Assembly: GCA_036172245.1 (NCBI GenBank)
Contig: JAYWIR010000037.1
Location: 806,001-870,000 of the forward strand
Length of the DNA stretch: 64,000 bases
Direction of reading: 5' to 3'
From: Raillietiella orientalis
Lineage: Eukaryota
The translations under genes were made by a program, and so were the position numbers. This document shows positions 48,401 through 61,887 of the stretch, one piece after another; the stretch's first letter is position 1; each line of letters begins with the position of its first letter. The notes under the pieces were generated by a model. It did no database searches. It saw nothing but the letters and a program-made list of their open reading frames with translations, and had not been told where the DNA came from.

Positions 48401-51269
48401 GAAAAATTCTTACAGCTCTCCAAATAACCAGGTTCTCCAGGGGCCAACAAATTTTCTTCTTGCGCTTCCTTTTTCCCCAAACTCAGTCTGTTCCGATTAG
48501 ATTCCCCGGTTTTCCTTGCAACAGTGTCAAAACCAATTTTCGGGACTATAAATCCGAAAATTGGTTCGAGCTAATTAGGAAGTTTTTCACCAAGAGCAAA
48601 CATACCTGAGCATCTTTCGTACATGTAAGAGGAACTTAAAGCCTTCCATGGCAATGTGTGCGTGTATTTCATATTTGTGTGCGTTTCTAAGGCGCCATTC
48701 GAGGTTTGCACAGCCTCTTTGTGCATAGGAGCATCAGCTACGAGGAGCTTTGTCGCTCTTAATCTCAGACGAGATGCTGCATGATCCTCTTTTCGAGTTC
48801 GAGCTGAGTTTCAAATTCTTTGTTTTCCTACCTTAACCTTAATCTATGTGCTCATGAATTTTAAGTGTGGTAACATGTATGCAGGCAATGTTTTCCGATT
48901 TGCATTCCAGAAATCAACTGGAAATCAGCACTTTATGAGTGTTCCGTAGAGGATTCTGTGCAGGTCGCGAAATTACCAAGGAGACCCTATTCCTTCACTC
49001 TGGCTATGATCCCATGGAAAAGAATTGGATCCTTATTGGAAAAAAAAAAAACACCTTTTAAAGTTCACGATATCTTTCGTATTGTAGAAGACCATGAGTG
49101 TGGGAAGTATCAGCCAGCATACAGCTAGGACCGCTTTTGCAATTTCGAATTAAAAGATAGGAAATATGATAATAATAGGAGAAGAAAAAATCAACACGAT
49201 TCCTCGACTTCCCCCCACCACCACCCAAAAAAAACCTCGCATGTAGAATATAGCAATAAAAGTCATTTCTGTGTTCGCAGATCATCACTCATTCCTTAAT
49301 TCTCGTGTTCTTGAGTGCATCCGTGAACAGTTTTTGGGTGCCTAATGCGTATCCAGTTTGAAAGCTAAAAATTTGCCAACTCCAGGTGAATTCACGAGAA
49401 GGAAAATCTCTTATAAAAGCACACCCTATTTTTGTATACTTTCTCTGTATGCACGCATTTAGCTTTGGGGATTCGATGCATTCGGGGGAGCAGCTGAAAC
49501 ACCTGAATACAGCCGGGTGCAAAATTTGTCCGTCTTGCTTCGCATAATTTTCGTGTCTACCTGATATTGGTCCTGAGCTACCAATTCAAGGAAGATGCTG
49601 AAGTAACAAATTCATCTTCATGCATGCTGCAAAGTTTTCACAACCGTTTTGGAAACTTCTTAGGAACCTTCACGCCGGCCTCAAATCTCTTGCATATTTC
49701 CGTCGTCCCGTTCTAAGATCGCCACTGTTGGAATAGACCAGATGGAAACTTCATAACAAAAATCAGTATCTATATGGCTTATGCGGTGTATTCCCAATAG
49801 CCGAATCCCTGTGCTTATACTTGGTTCGAACACTTTCTTCCCAACACCGTATGCTCTAATTATTTCGAAATTGCTGAATAAAACGATCTTGTAATTATTT
49901 ACCACTGCTGGATGATTATTAGCAACTTGATTTCAAATGATAGATGGGAAAAGATTTCGCAAATGGCAACACACCGCCGTGCATTTCTTTTCGTCCTTTT
50001 CGAGGGCCGTAATTGCTGTGCTTTCACCAGGACTTTGCGCCAGAAAGCCATGAATTAGTCCAACACGCCAATTCACCTCAAGTTGGAGATGGAACGATTT
50101 CCGCACGGACGTCTTCATTCACTGGCAGTTTTCTGTTTGGTCTCGAATCCAACCTTTGGAACCTCTTAGCCATTTTACTGAGCAACCTTTCTTAAAGCCT
50201 CGCATCTTATTTTACAGTGAAAATTCAATTGGGAGTACCTATTAATGACCATGAATTCCGCGAGTAGAGTCCTTGAGTAATAGTTCGCTCTGTCCCCGAG
50301 TACTTACTGTTCATGATAATACGAAACCGATGAAACATTCTGGACACCGGTGGATTTGCTTCACTAACCACGAGATTTACGAGAACAAACTTTGAAAAGC
50401 TTCACAGAATGGTCCAAAACAAGACTTCTGCATCTTCCAGCTTTGGCATGACCCTGTTGAGCTTCACTGTTCCGAATAGTAAAAGATGGCATTCTTTTAA
50501 GAAGGAAACCACTATCGAGTAGAGTGGTGACGTTAAATGGCGTTGGGAGATGATAGATCTTCCTACAATATCAATGATACTACCTATAGGAATGCAACAC
50601 ATGCCTATCCACTTAAAACAACGCCCCTTGAGATGACACCTCGATCTCTGACATAACAATCCCAAATTTGGGCAAATTCGACTTCATCTGCAATTGCCTA
50701 TGATTACGCAAAGGATTACGTCGAAAACGAAAAAATAAAATACAAGTAATTAGAGTATACATTTGGAAAGAAAACGTTCGAACCAAGTGGAAGCACAAAT
50801 ATGTAAAAAAGGTCACTTTCTTCTTTTCCACTTAAATATCTGGAAAAAAATATAGCTGATCTAAAGTATAAAGCAAATCTGCCATTTTGCAACAGTATTT
50901 TCCCTTAATTCCTGATGATTAGTTTGTTTTGTTTCTTCTTCCTACAATGTAAATTACTTATTTTCCTCAAGTTGGATCTCGTTAACATGCTTTCCATCTG
51001 CAATCGGTAATTCGACTTATTTTGAACGAAAGTACTGCAGCATCATGAAATTTATCGGAAAAAATGAACGCAATCGGAAATTTGCAAATCAAAATGAAGA
51101 ACAAGCAAAACATCTAATCCTACTGTAATATGTAGTACCCAACTCGCTGCCCATATTTTTCGGACAGTTGTTGTCCAGTTGCAAACGGAAACTTGTCTTT
51201 TGATCTTTGTATTTATTTTGCACAAAATTTGTCAGTGCGCACGCTAAAAGCGTAGAAACCGCTTAATAT

Positions 51270-51575
51270 ATGCTGGGAAAGTATTCACAGATGCCAGTCA
51301 AGTGTATTTCTCCTAATTAATTGATCATGATGCTGCATTAATAAGATGTATGCCTACTACTGGATTAATAAATGCTGGGAAAGTATTCACAGATGCCAGT
51401 CAAGTGTATTTCTCCTAATTAATTGATCATGATGCTGCATTAATAAGATGTATGCCTACTACTGGATTAATAAATGCTGGGAAAGTATTCACAGATGCCA
51501 GTCAAGTGTATTTCTCCTAATTAATTGATCATGATGCTGCATTAATAAGATGTATGCCTACTACTGGATTAATAA
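51270..51575. repeat. Exact tandem repeat, 3 x 102 bp
   Basis: Unit ATGCTGGGAAAGTATTCACAG...CTGGATTAATAA starts at 51270, 51372 and 51474; copies look identical. Confidence 0.95.
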
Positions 51576-52133
51576 GTTTATGTAACTCACAGCAACTCCA
51601 AATCAACGACCCAATGCTTTTAAATATGGAAACACAACTCTTAAAGTTTTCAAATAGTTTGCATAAAAGATATATCACGCGACAGATACTTATAAATAGC
51701 TAAAGAACACATATACTGGACATGCACTATCTTACAATAACTTTGTAACAAAAGTGTTTACGAGATCAAAACAAAAAAATGCTTGACAACAAAGTGCTAT
51801 ATAACATGTTCTCAAGATAGCCTCCTAACTTGCTAATTCCAAGTGGAAACGATAATCTTAAATTTAAAACCAAATCTCATACAATCGCTGATTGAATCTG
51901 AATTACAAAAACTTTTTGTGATACAAAACTTCGACTAGTAGCAATAAACCGTAAAGCTGCATTAGCAATTACTTTTATACTAATTCACTTTTATTTGTGC
52001 ATCTTACATTATACAGAAACAAAATTTCAAATAAAATTCCCTATTCTGTATGCAATGAAAGGGCTACTGAAAGTGACAATATACATTTGGTTAAATGAGA
52101 AGCTACTTGACGGCAAAGCAGAATTGCAAATGC

Positions 52134-53132
52134 TTAGGGTGAAAAATGATGTCGTGGAAGTAAAGTAATAGTATTTTTTCCCAGTGATGACAATTTCTCT
52201 ATATACTGTGGCAATGGAATTTTCATTTTACCTTGCCTGATAAGCTGCTGTATATCTTTAATTACATTAGAACTGCAAACTGTCAAGCATGAATTCAATG
52301 AAAAATGCTCTTTAGAATCACCCTGATGCAAACTTTTCACCTGAAATTGAAGCACACATACTAATTTCAATTCCTTTCTAAAAGAAATGATAAAGGGAAA
52401 TTCACCATAAAAGTGACATGAGTAAGAATAGGTGGTTCCTCTTCTCCAAATGCATGTTGAATATATTCTTCCCCATTTTGATCTAAACAAGATATAAATT
52501 AGAAACCATAATTCAGAACAAAAAGTCTTTGAGAACACCTATAAATCTCAAGAGAAAAAAAAATACTACATCATAAAAAAGAGAATTCAGAATACTCACA
52601 TGATTGATCACTCACTGCAAGGCTGCATACAGTTTCCCAATGCTTTCTTTCAGAATCCGTATTTACTCCCAAAGTTTTTTTATTGATAAGAATTTTATGT
52701 AATGATTCGAGATCCACATCATTTAAAGGAAGCAGCTTTCCAGTATTATAACCAAATGCATGAACTATTGCCTAGAAGCCAGCAAATAGTATTCTATTTT
52801 CTATACAAGAATTTACCTCCAGAAGAGCTTCTTTTAGATTTGCAACTGTAGAAAAAAAATGATCAAACCCAACAAACCAAATCACATAAACATAAGAGTT
52901 CCTTTGACGGATCTTTAGAATGATTTTGTTGTTTTCCTGACAACAATGGACTTTCTTTAAATGATACTAAGAGACAATATCAAATTTATGTCACATACCA
53001 CTGGACTTTTCTTTTTTAACACATCTTCAATTTCAGTCAACACATTTGTACTTTGTGACACATTCTTGGGTCGACCAATAGAACACATCATATAGGAATA
53101 CCATTCATGTGTGTGAGCAACACCTTTAGCGT
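52134..53132 (-). CDS. CENPN: Centromere protein N (CENP-N/Chl4/Mis15)-like; spliced, 5' exons unresolved
   Basis: GT-AG exons 53132-52999, 52936-52817, 52771-52600, 52482-52406 and 52340-52134 join in frame: HTHEWYSYMM...ENNKIILKI..YVYVIWFVG...LLEAIVHAFG...LESLHKILI...HAFGEEEPPIL...SSNVIKDIQQLIRQG...PLPQYIEKLSSLGKNTI*. This parallels, as I recall it, vertebrate CENP-N (HQHQKVW; LDSLKAIV; TFGDYPQPQL; SSPHLLEALKSL..G..PL...N). Confidence 0.7.
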
Positions 53133-53573
53133 CTACAGATAACAATTGTTAATCATAAATTATTTTCTAACCATTGATGATCTTTCAGCTTTAAAGGAAA
53201 GGAACGGGAATGACCAGCACACAAAATATAGTTTGTAGATAAATTGCTCTGGGTTTTGATATTTAACAAAATGACTTCCATGTGAAAACGCTTTACCAAG
53301 CAGTGATTAAAACAAACTGGTCCTTCTGCTGTTCATCCACATGCCAAAGTAGCTTATATTACAATGTATATTCCTTACAACAGATAATTGGAATTTCTTA
53401 GAAATAATGAGTATAAATGACACAACTAAGTTAAGAATCCCAAATAACAACACAAATGCCATGTACAATAAACAAAAATGCAATTCAATTAGCTTGGGGT
53501 CACATGAAATGCAAACTTACATTAACCAATCAAATCACCATAAAAACTAAGATCAAGAAACTGTAATACTCAC

Positions 53574-53783
53574 TTTTTCTGGGGAAATATTTATCATATT
53601 TACTATAAATGGGATCATCCTTGAATGTATGACTGGCAAAAGAAAATTCATTATCACAAACGACCTGCATCTTTATGCATCAAGTTTTGTTCCGGACATG
53701 CTCACTTCGCTGATCTGCCTATTGACACGAAAAATTCTTCGTTAATTTCGACTAGAACATTAGGATCATAACGACTATTTTTC
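53574..53783 (-). CDS. Candidate upstream exons of the CENP-N-like gene (53783-53706, 53632-53574)
   Basis: Good GTGAG donors and CAG acceptors; phases compatible with the exon starting at 53132; peptide not recognised. Confidence 0.4.
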
Positions 53784-56700
53784 CTGACACAAATACCAAA
53801 GTATATATGGCTCAAGAAATTAGAGCATAGTGCGGCAGATGAAAACACTTGCAACGTATTTGGAATTACCAAGCTGGAGCTTTTAAACAATGTGCAAGTA
53901 GACAAAAAAGGATGCACAATGAAAACCGAGAAATGCCTTTCATTATAAAATGGAAATAACATGTTATGGCAATGTATTAACCTTCCGCGAACTATTTAAC
54001 ATACACAACCGTACAATGACAAGTACGAATTTCCAACGTACAAATACCTTTGAACTGCATACTTCACCACCTGTTTCCAGAAAACTAATGGCCATTCAAA
54101 TTTGGCGCAAATACACTCGAAAACCTGTTGCGCTTTTTAAATTGTTTATCTCGAGATTCAAGAAATTTACTTATTTGCATTCAAGCTCCAAATGTGTACG
54201 CATTAAGAAAAAATGACCAAATAACTTTTCTCCAAATTCATCAGCATATGGACGTGTACTGTCTTCTTGGTAAATACCTCCTCCACCTCATAAGAAGGCT
54301 ATCTTTTCAGGAAGACTTCCAAAGCAGCACGCAAAAGTGCATTGCCAAATCGCAAATGCTGGTGGCATGCAACAGTGGTAAGTTAACTTACTTTCTCATG
54401 TTCTTGATGCTTTGGAAATACAGAAATAATTTCTAGTGAGTTTTGAGAAAGTCTTTTTGACATCTGCTCTTTGGCGCACACAATTAAACGTTCTTAATCT
54501 TGGAAAACTTTCCCATTGCTTAAATTATCTGTTTCACAGAATTGACTTCCGAACTTGAAGTGAGCTTTTTGTACTTCGTCGTGATACTGCTTGTGAGTAC
54601 ATTTACTCTCCAATTATCACATGAACGAACACATACGATAAAGCATACCTCCAGTTCACTGTTTCTCGGAATAGTTGTTTTCACAACCACAATTTCCAAT
54701 AACCCATTTTTCCTTATTCAATTTACACAGCCTTTAGATACTGCATACTAAAAATCTGACTTTTTTGCGTATAAATAAATTGCATATGGCCATCAGCACA
54801 CAAACTGCATTTGAGTACCGCTAAAGTCTACAGCCTCTTCAACATTTTCCCAGATGCACACAACTCGGAGAGAATTGTCGAGAGTGCACGGTGATTTGTT
54901 TTCAAAGAGTTTTTTGACACACCCAAATCGTGACACCCAAGGTAAAATTCGAAACTCATATGCAGGTTTGGATAGGACTATCGATATTTCTATGTACCAT
55001 AATCAAAATCATACTACTTTGCATCTACAACCCAAATTCTCTAATACATCATTATGAAAGCTTATTGAATATGCGTTTACACGTGAATATTTCGATCACC
55101 AATGCGCAACATTTAAGCTCTCAAATCCATCAATTACTGCAGCTAAAAAACTATCAAAAAGGGAAAAAGAGTAGAAGATCAGTAGCGAAGTCCAAAAATC
55201 CATAAAGTGAAAGCAATTGGACATTCTTAAATAAAGAAACATTTACTGGTATGAAAATATTACATATTGCGGGTGAAAAACAAAAAAAGAGACATGTGCA
55301 GTATGTAAATAGTCTAACACATCTGTAGAGAGAGAAGTAATTCTCTGCAAACACAATTGCAAGAAAACCAAAACAGAATACACAAGACAGAGACCAAAAA
55401 CATCTTAAGTTTGGCACACCTTTAATAAGAACGTTGAACTTAGAAGAATTACTACTTTATACATAATGGCAGAGACATCAATTTTTGATCGGTGAATTGA
55501 TCAAATCGCCACCAAAACAGGGCCCTACGAATGGTGAACTATGGTGGATTAATTTTTATGAGGTCTACAATAAAGTTTACGTCTGAACATTAATATATCA
55601 ACAACAATTTACATACACTGAAACAAACCCGAGTAGTTTGAATAAAGTAAGGGTTCATGAAGCTTATTTTCTTCAGCTAAACTTGATTTGAAATTTTGAC
55701 AACCTTCAAGTTGAAAGTTAAGAACTTTAACTGACAACGAACTCCACATATACTTAATTATAGCACCTGTTTCGAAATATTGTGATCTTTTTTAAAAATT
55801 CCATTATTATCCTCATCCGCACAATGATTGCGATTCATGAAACGTTCTTGAAACCGATGGAAAAGCTAAAGACTGCGAAAAACGAGACACAACGACATAT
55901 ATTCGGGTGCAAGTTTCGAGTTATTTCATTGATACTACGCAGAGATGACCAAGACTCAAAGTGAAAGGTGCAACTGCTTGTACAAAAGTGAATCTGATCA
56001 CACAATGATGACTCAGCGATTCCGTGAGCTAATGGAACACTGTTAAGTTTCGTTTGAAAGTAGAGCAAATGCTGCAAATCCGTTGTATGCCAACTTGATT
56101 AACAAAGATTAAGAAAACGGAAATTCGCAAGATGCAATTGCAGCAGAAACAATCGCCCAGGCACTCCCAGTGCTGTTGTAATTACATCACCTCCCTTTGT
56201 ACCTAAGTAACAATTATGATACCTGCTGCAGAAACTCTAAGAATAAATGGAGAACTAGCAGCCATGTAGGTACAAAGTAGTACTGCAAAATAAAAAGTTG
56301 TGAAACTTATTAGGCCTAAACCCAAGCATGGAAACACCCCGAGAATACAAATCTTTAGAGTGAATATCAATTTCCGCGAGACCAAACACTTCCTCATGTT
56401 TGCCACTTGATATTTCATTGCATGTCTACATATACTTTCTATTACAATTCACTATATGACATATACATCCCTGATATTCATATCTCGCTATGTTGCAAAA
56501 GTATCATTAAGTGTATATAAACTATAATATCGATTCTCTGAAATTTTTTTGCAATCTTGCAAGTAACTAAGATCAACACAATAGGTATCGGTTTTTATTA
56601 ATACTGACTTTATTAATGAGAAGGCAAAACATGCAACAACATTTACTATAATTACGTTAAAACTTTAACAAAGCATTTTAAACAAAAGGAATTCAGAATA

Positions 56701-57612
56701 GAATGCTTTTGTATATATTTAACCTCGAATTCTAGGGCATTGCAGCACAGACTTTACTCGAATTGTTTCAAATTTTTCCTTTGACTTGGTCGAAATTTTT
56801 TGAATTTACTTTTTTCACTGCATGTTTTTCTTTATTTGCTGGTGTATAATGAATACTCGCAAGCATTCTAAAAAGTGTACAGCTTCCTCGAAATCACAAC
56901 GGCATTCGATGATCAGGTTAATGATTTTCAAACTGTCAGTATTTGAAAGAACTTGAAATTATGGAACAGTAATGGATTACATGACATCTTATGCAATTAT
57001 TTGTTTATTAAGGACTGAATCACTTGGCTTCCATGATTTCAGTACTGCGTATATTAAGGTTAAAGCACTTGGAACTTGCTTTCGAGTGAACAATGATTCT
57101 TTTAGGCCGTGATTCTCTCTGAAAATGTTAACTTTAAAAACCTAATGTTAACCTAAAACCCTTGAAATTTATACGACTAAGTTAATAAATACTAGGAAAC
57201 GGGATTTCTACACCCATCAACCGCATTCAAAATGAGCTAGCAAGCAAACCCAACAAAAAAAATAAAATGCAGAAAGGTGAGTACGCTTAAGGATCTTTTA
57301 ATGATCACAAACGTAGGTCACCAAATACTAAATTTGAATTTGAAAGAATTCAAAAACCAAAAAAAATCCATAAGATTACAATAGACACAAGGGCAAACGA
57401 AGAGTAAAAACATTAAACTAAAAAATAAGAACAAATTCTTGTTATCTCTATTCACACATTTTTGAATACGGATTTAAATAAAATTCATGAATCAAATCAC
57501 AGTGCTGTAGATTCTGAAATATGAATCCTGGGACAATCTTTAGAAATTATTTACTATTTGACAAGTTGGAATCCATTAATATGTTTATTGACTTTCAGGT
57601 TCAAAGTTAACA

Positions 57613-57648
57613 ATAACCATAGGTACATGGATAACCATAGGTACATGG
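57613..57648. repeat. 18-bp tandem duplication
   Basis: ATAACCATAGGTACATGG x2. Confidence 0.9.
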
Positions 57649-59668
57649 ACACTTTACACACAATTTATGTAACCCCACTGAATTAAGGAACGCAAATACT
57701 CAAGTTGTTTAAAAGACATCTTGCTGAAAGACTAAAGAGTCCTTGGTATAACTTTCTCAATGCATTACATTCAAAATGAATCAATACTTCATTTAGCCCA
57801 AATACAAATACAAACACAAATATTCAATAATTAATAATCGCAAATTATGATGATTTGACAAAACTGTTTAGAAAAACAAACTAGTGCACAAACTCCACAC
57901 GTGAGCAGCTGTACTGTGCTGAAGATGACTTCCGTAGTGAAACCAAGTCGAGAGTCGCTAACCTATGAAAACATTCATTTGAGGATATTCAAAACATACC
58001 AAATTAAGAGAAAAATCATTTGCCAGTATTCCACTGTCTTGGAGCTCGTAACTGATACGTGTAAAAGTTGGAAAGTTTTACGGATACATATAAAAATGGA
58101 ATTCAAATAAACTTATGCAAAGCAATTAAGAAAGAATACTGAAAATCAAAATTATTCCCTGAAGTTTTATCTGACTTTTATCCTCTGTACTCACAGTATT
58201 GTAAATGCTGAATCTTTTGAAATGTTTAATCGCCTATTTGCACACTCTTTGTATTAATTTTCTTTTCAATAGGATCAGACGTTACGGTCGTAGACGACCG
58301 TATAAAAATTAACAGTGTGTAAAGGAATTATGGCGGTGTTTAAGCGAATTACTCCTATCACGACTTTGCAAATAGCAATCAATTTATCACTGAGGCCAAT
58401 ATTCTTTAAAAGATCTTTAATTGTGAATTTTTCGAATTTCAAATCTCTTGCGCATCAAAAGTTCCCCTTATGAAATCCCCATATCAACCCGTGTCACTGG
58501 GGAGAGGGGAACCCTGCAAGTAAAAGTAAAAACCTTCGACGGATATTTAAGTCGTTTGGGATTCGATGACGGTAATAATAATTGGAAGTTCTCAAGTAAA
58601 TCCTATAATGGAAGATGTAATAGATTTAAAGGAGATACATATTGGCATTAATTTCCAACATAATGATCGATGCATTCGATTTTGCAGTGAAAGGTTTTCA
58701 TGTTTCCCTAATTCTTTACGTGGCTATATAGTGAGATGGGTTCCTTTTCCCCCCAGAAATCTTACGCAATATTTTTACTGACAGAGAAGCAAACGGCATA
58801 ATAAAAAATACATCTAGTTTTCATGTTTGACTGAAAAACCATAAATTTGGTATACGTAACTTCAAGTGCTTGAAATGAAATTTTCAAGCCTTGGGAGTAA
58901 CTAGATCTTTTAGATTGTAACCTTGTTGATGATGGCGTGCAGGTGCCAAAAAATTGTGCAACTCACAATCAACAAGCACTATTTCCATATAATATGCATC
59001 ATAATAATCTCTTATAGAAATTTATGTCACATATGTATTACTTATTGAATGTTCATTCAGTGCATCAATTAAATGGTAACTAAAGTACACATTCTCATTA
59101 GACACCCACGTTGGCATCTCTTCATCTAATTGATTCATTTTTGGTAAAATTTGTCATATTCATTAAGTAATGCATACTAAATCCTGATCGAAAAATTCTG
59201 TTGATTACCATGGCTACTATTCAAACTGCATAAAAGAAACTCTTTGTATCCTTTCTCACAGTATGAATTTTTGTTGCTCATTAAACAAAGAAAACGTATG
59301 TATGAAAGGAATCTGCAAGTAAAATTTGAAATTTCATATCATATTAGCAAACATGTATGTGGACAACATATAGATTAGAACTGATTTAGTTTCACATGGT
59401 ACTGATGTCTTTCCAGCTTTATACTTGTTTCACTTATAGTACCTCACAGATAATCATTCATTTTTGGATCATTTGAATAATTTTCGTAAAACTTTATATA
59501 AACACTTTAATGTAAAATTTGCAATTCTGAGACACATATGAACAAAAATATACTCTGGTATGTCTTCTGGCTGTGATAGTTTGTACTCAAAAGGCGCATC
59601 CTCATTATTGTTAGGATGGCATTTCCAATGGCATTGGTAACTCTCCATCTATACAACACAATACAATT

Positions 59669-61887
59669 CTACGAGAATGTTTGTATCGACTGTGCTTCTT
59701 CACCTTCCTTCTTTTTCCTGAGTTTTTTCCTTCGTCTGTCTATGCTAGCAACTTCAGCCTTTATCTCAAGATATGCACAACGAAGTTCTGCCAACCTTTT
59801 CTGTATGGCTGCAATACGTTCTGAAGAATCAAGATCAGCACCTAAATTGCCAATTTGTAAGCTCAGTGTAAAATACTTTCCTCAATTCGTTAGCATACCG
59901 AAATCTGTAGCAAAATTATACTTTGAACGAAATCTTCCCCAATTTGATAAATGGACACCTTCCACTTTGCCAGTATTGCTCCTATGCACTTCTTCTTCTT
60001 CATAGCTTCCAGAAATTCGGTGTTCTCGAGTAGTGGCTCGCGACTTCGGTTTTGTTTCACTTATTTTTCTCCAGGTTTTCCTTCTTTTTCGTTTTGATGA
60101 CTGTGGCATATCATTATCGATTCGAGTTCTTTTTGTGCAGGATTGAACACCAGTTTCATTTTCTAATACGGAAATGGTATGTTACACATTTTTGAGAACA
60201 TTTATTTGTTTTACCTTCAGGCTTTCCTTCACCCAAGCTTTCATGTTCAGATGATGACTGAGATGATTTAGGACTGCTATTATCTCTTTCTAAGTTAAAC
60301 AACTTCATATCAGCATCCCTGAAGTATATCACTCATGCAACAAATTATGAGGCCCAAGACTTACGGATCAGGAGATTCAACAGCTGAAATTGTAGAGTGG
60401 GGAGTGTCATTGGAGCTTGTCTCAGTTACTGCCATTTCCACATTCTGTGCCTGGGATATCTGTTCCATGTCACACTTTCCTTTCTGTTCTGCTTCTGACA
60501 CTGAAGAAAATGGTGTCTCCAATCTGAGCACAGTTGCTTCAGAAAGACTTTTCAGATTCATTGTAGGGGAATACACAGGACTATTTGGAATAATTTCTTC
60601 ACATAAGAAAGATTTCACAGAGTCTTCCTTGATTGTAAGCTGAGATTTTCCAGCTGTCATGGAGTTTGGTTCCCCCCCTGCACAGGTAGAATTTGTATTT
60701 TGGGATTCTGCAACATTCCAACAATCAAAACTACTCATCTTCGATGGTGAGGAATTTTCTTTTTTGTCATCAAGTTCTAATTGAGCTGAATCAGGAGATC
60801 TGGTACCATGTGACACTTCTGGAACTCCATTACCAATCAAAGAATCCTCTTTATTACTACTTTCAACTTCTGAGTCCTCTTCTTCTATGAATTCTTTACT
60901 TTTTGTTTTTCCTTTACGCTGCTTTCTTTTCTCTCGTCGATGCATCGGTTTCACTTCATTCATATCCACAGAATCTGAACTATCACTAAGGGGTACAAGG
61001 GGTAAGGGTTCCTCATTCATTTTTTGTAGTTCCTCACATGTCTGGGCAAGGACCAATTGGATTTCGTCAGAAAGGGATTTTGCATGATCGGAATTAAAAT
61101 GTTCACAAGAATGACTGGAGCCATCTTCAGACTGCAAGGATGTCAGTAAAACACTAATGCCACTAGTCTCCACCAGATGCCTGTTTTGAGCCTCAGTATG
61201 TATAGGGGATTTATCTAAAGTGTTCTCCATCTTTATGTCCATATGAAGATCTGGATTTTGATCAGTATCTTCTTCTACCTTTTGTATTGGTTGTAAAACA
61301 GATTTTACATCATCTTTATCTTCCTGAAACTCATAAACATCCACACCTGTCTTGATCTCTTGCAACTGAGCTAAAGAGCGCAACTGGTTCTTCGCTTTAT
61401 CGAGTCCTTTCATTTCAGATCGAATCTGAATCATATCAATATCTTTACCCTTTGCATTGGCCACAATGCTTGTGTTACTATTTTCAGCCTCTACACTGCG
61501 ATCAGCATTCCCTTTATCAGAAGCAAAATTCCTTTTTGCATTTCTGCGAGTTCGAGCAGACTGTACATCTGGATGTGAATGCAAACTCGGATTTGTAAAT
61601 GAAGTTTTAACATTCACACTTGAGTCCTCTACATTATGTTGTAAATCAAGTGAATGATTGTCTGCTATAATATTCCTTTCAACGTTTTCAGCATCAGTTT
61701 CGCAATTTAAGGAGCTCAAGTTGGGATCTCGACTAAAGCGGCTTACTGACTGCCTGCATGATCTTTTCCGATCTGTTGGAAATGCTACTTCATTGGAATA
61801 GGTAGAAGCTCCATTATTTTCTCGCTCTCTCTTCCCATTATTGCTAGACCGCCTCAACCTTGATGATCTTGTCATACTTTGCCTGCT
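59669..61887 (-). CDS. ARID4B: AT-rich interactive domain protein 4 (ARID4A/B, hat-trick)-like; 3' exons only, 5' part upstream or beyond the window
   Basis: Exons 61887-60365, 60318-60215, 60162-59899 and 59841-59669 join in frame through 46, 52 and 57 nt GT-AG introns. C-terminus KYNF..D..ERIAAIQKRLAELRCAYLEIKAEVASIDRRRKKLRKK matches the ARID4 C-terminal coiled coil; LCEEIIPNSP motif also present. A/B paralogue cannot be assigned. Confidence 0.85.

Noticed and set aside
47500..53132. Functional link between the CENP-N gene and the TE island (centromere-like locus)
   Set aside because: Adjacency only; no satellite or other supporting evidence
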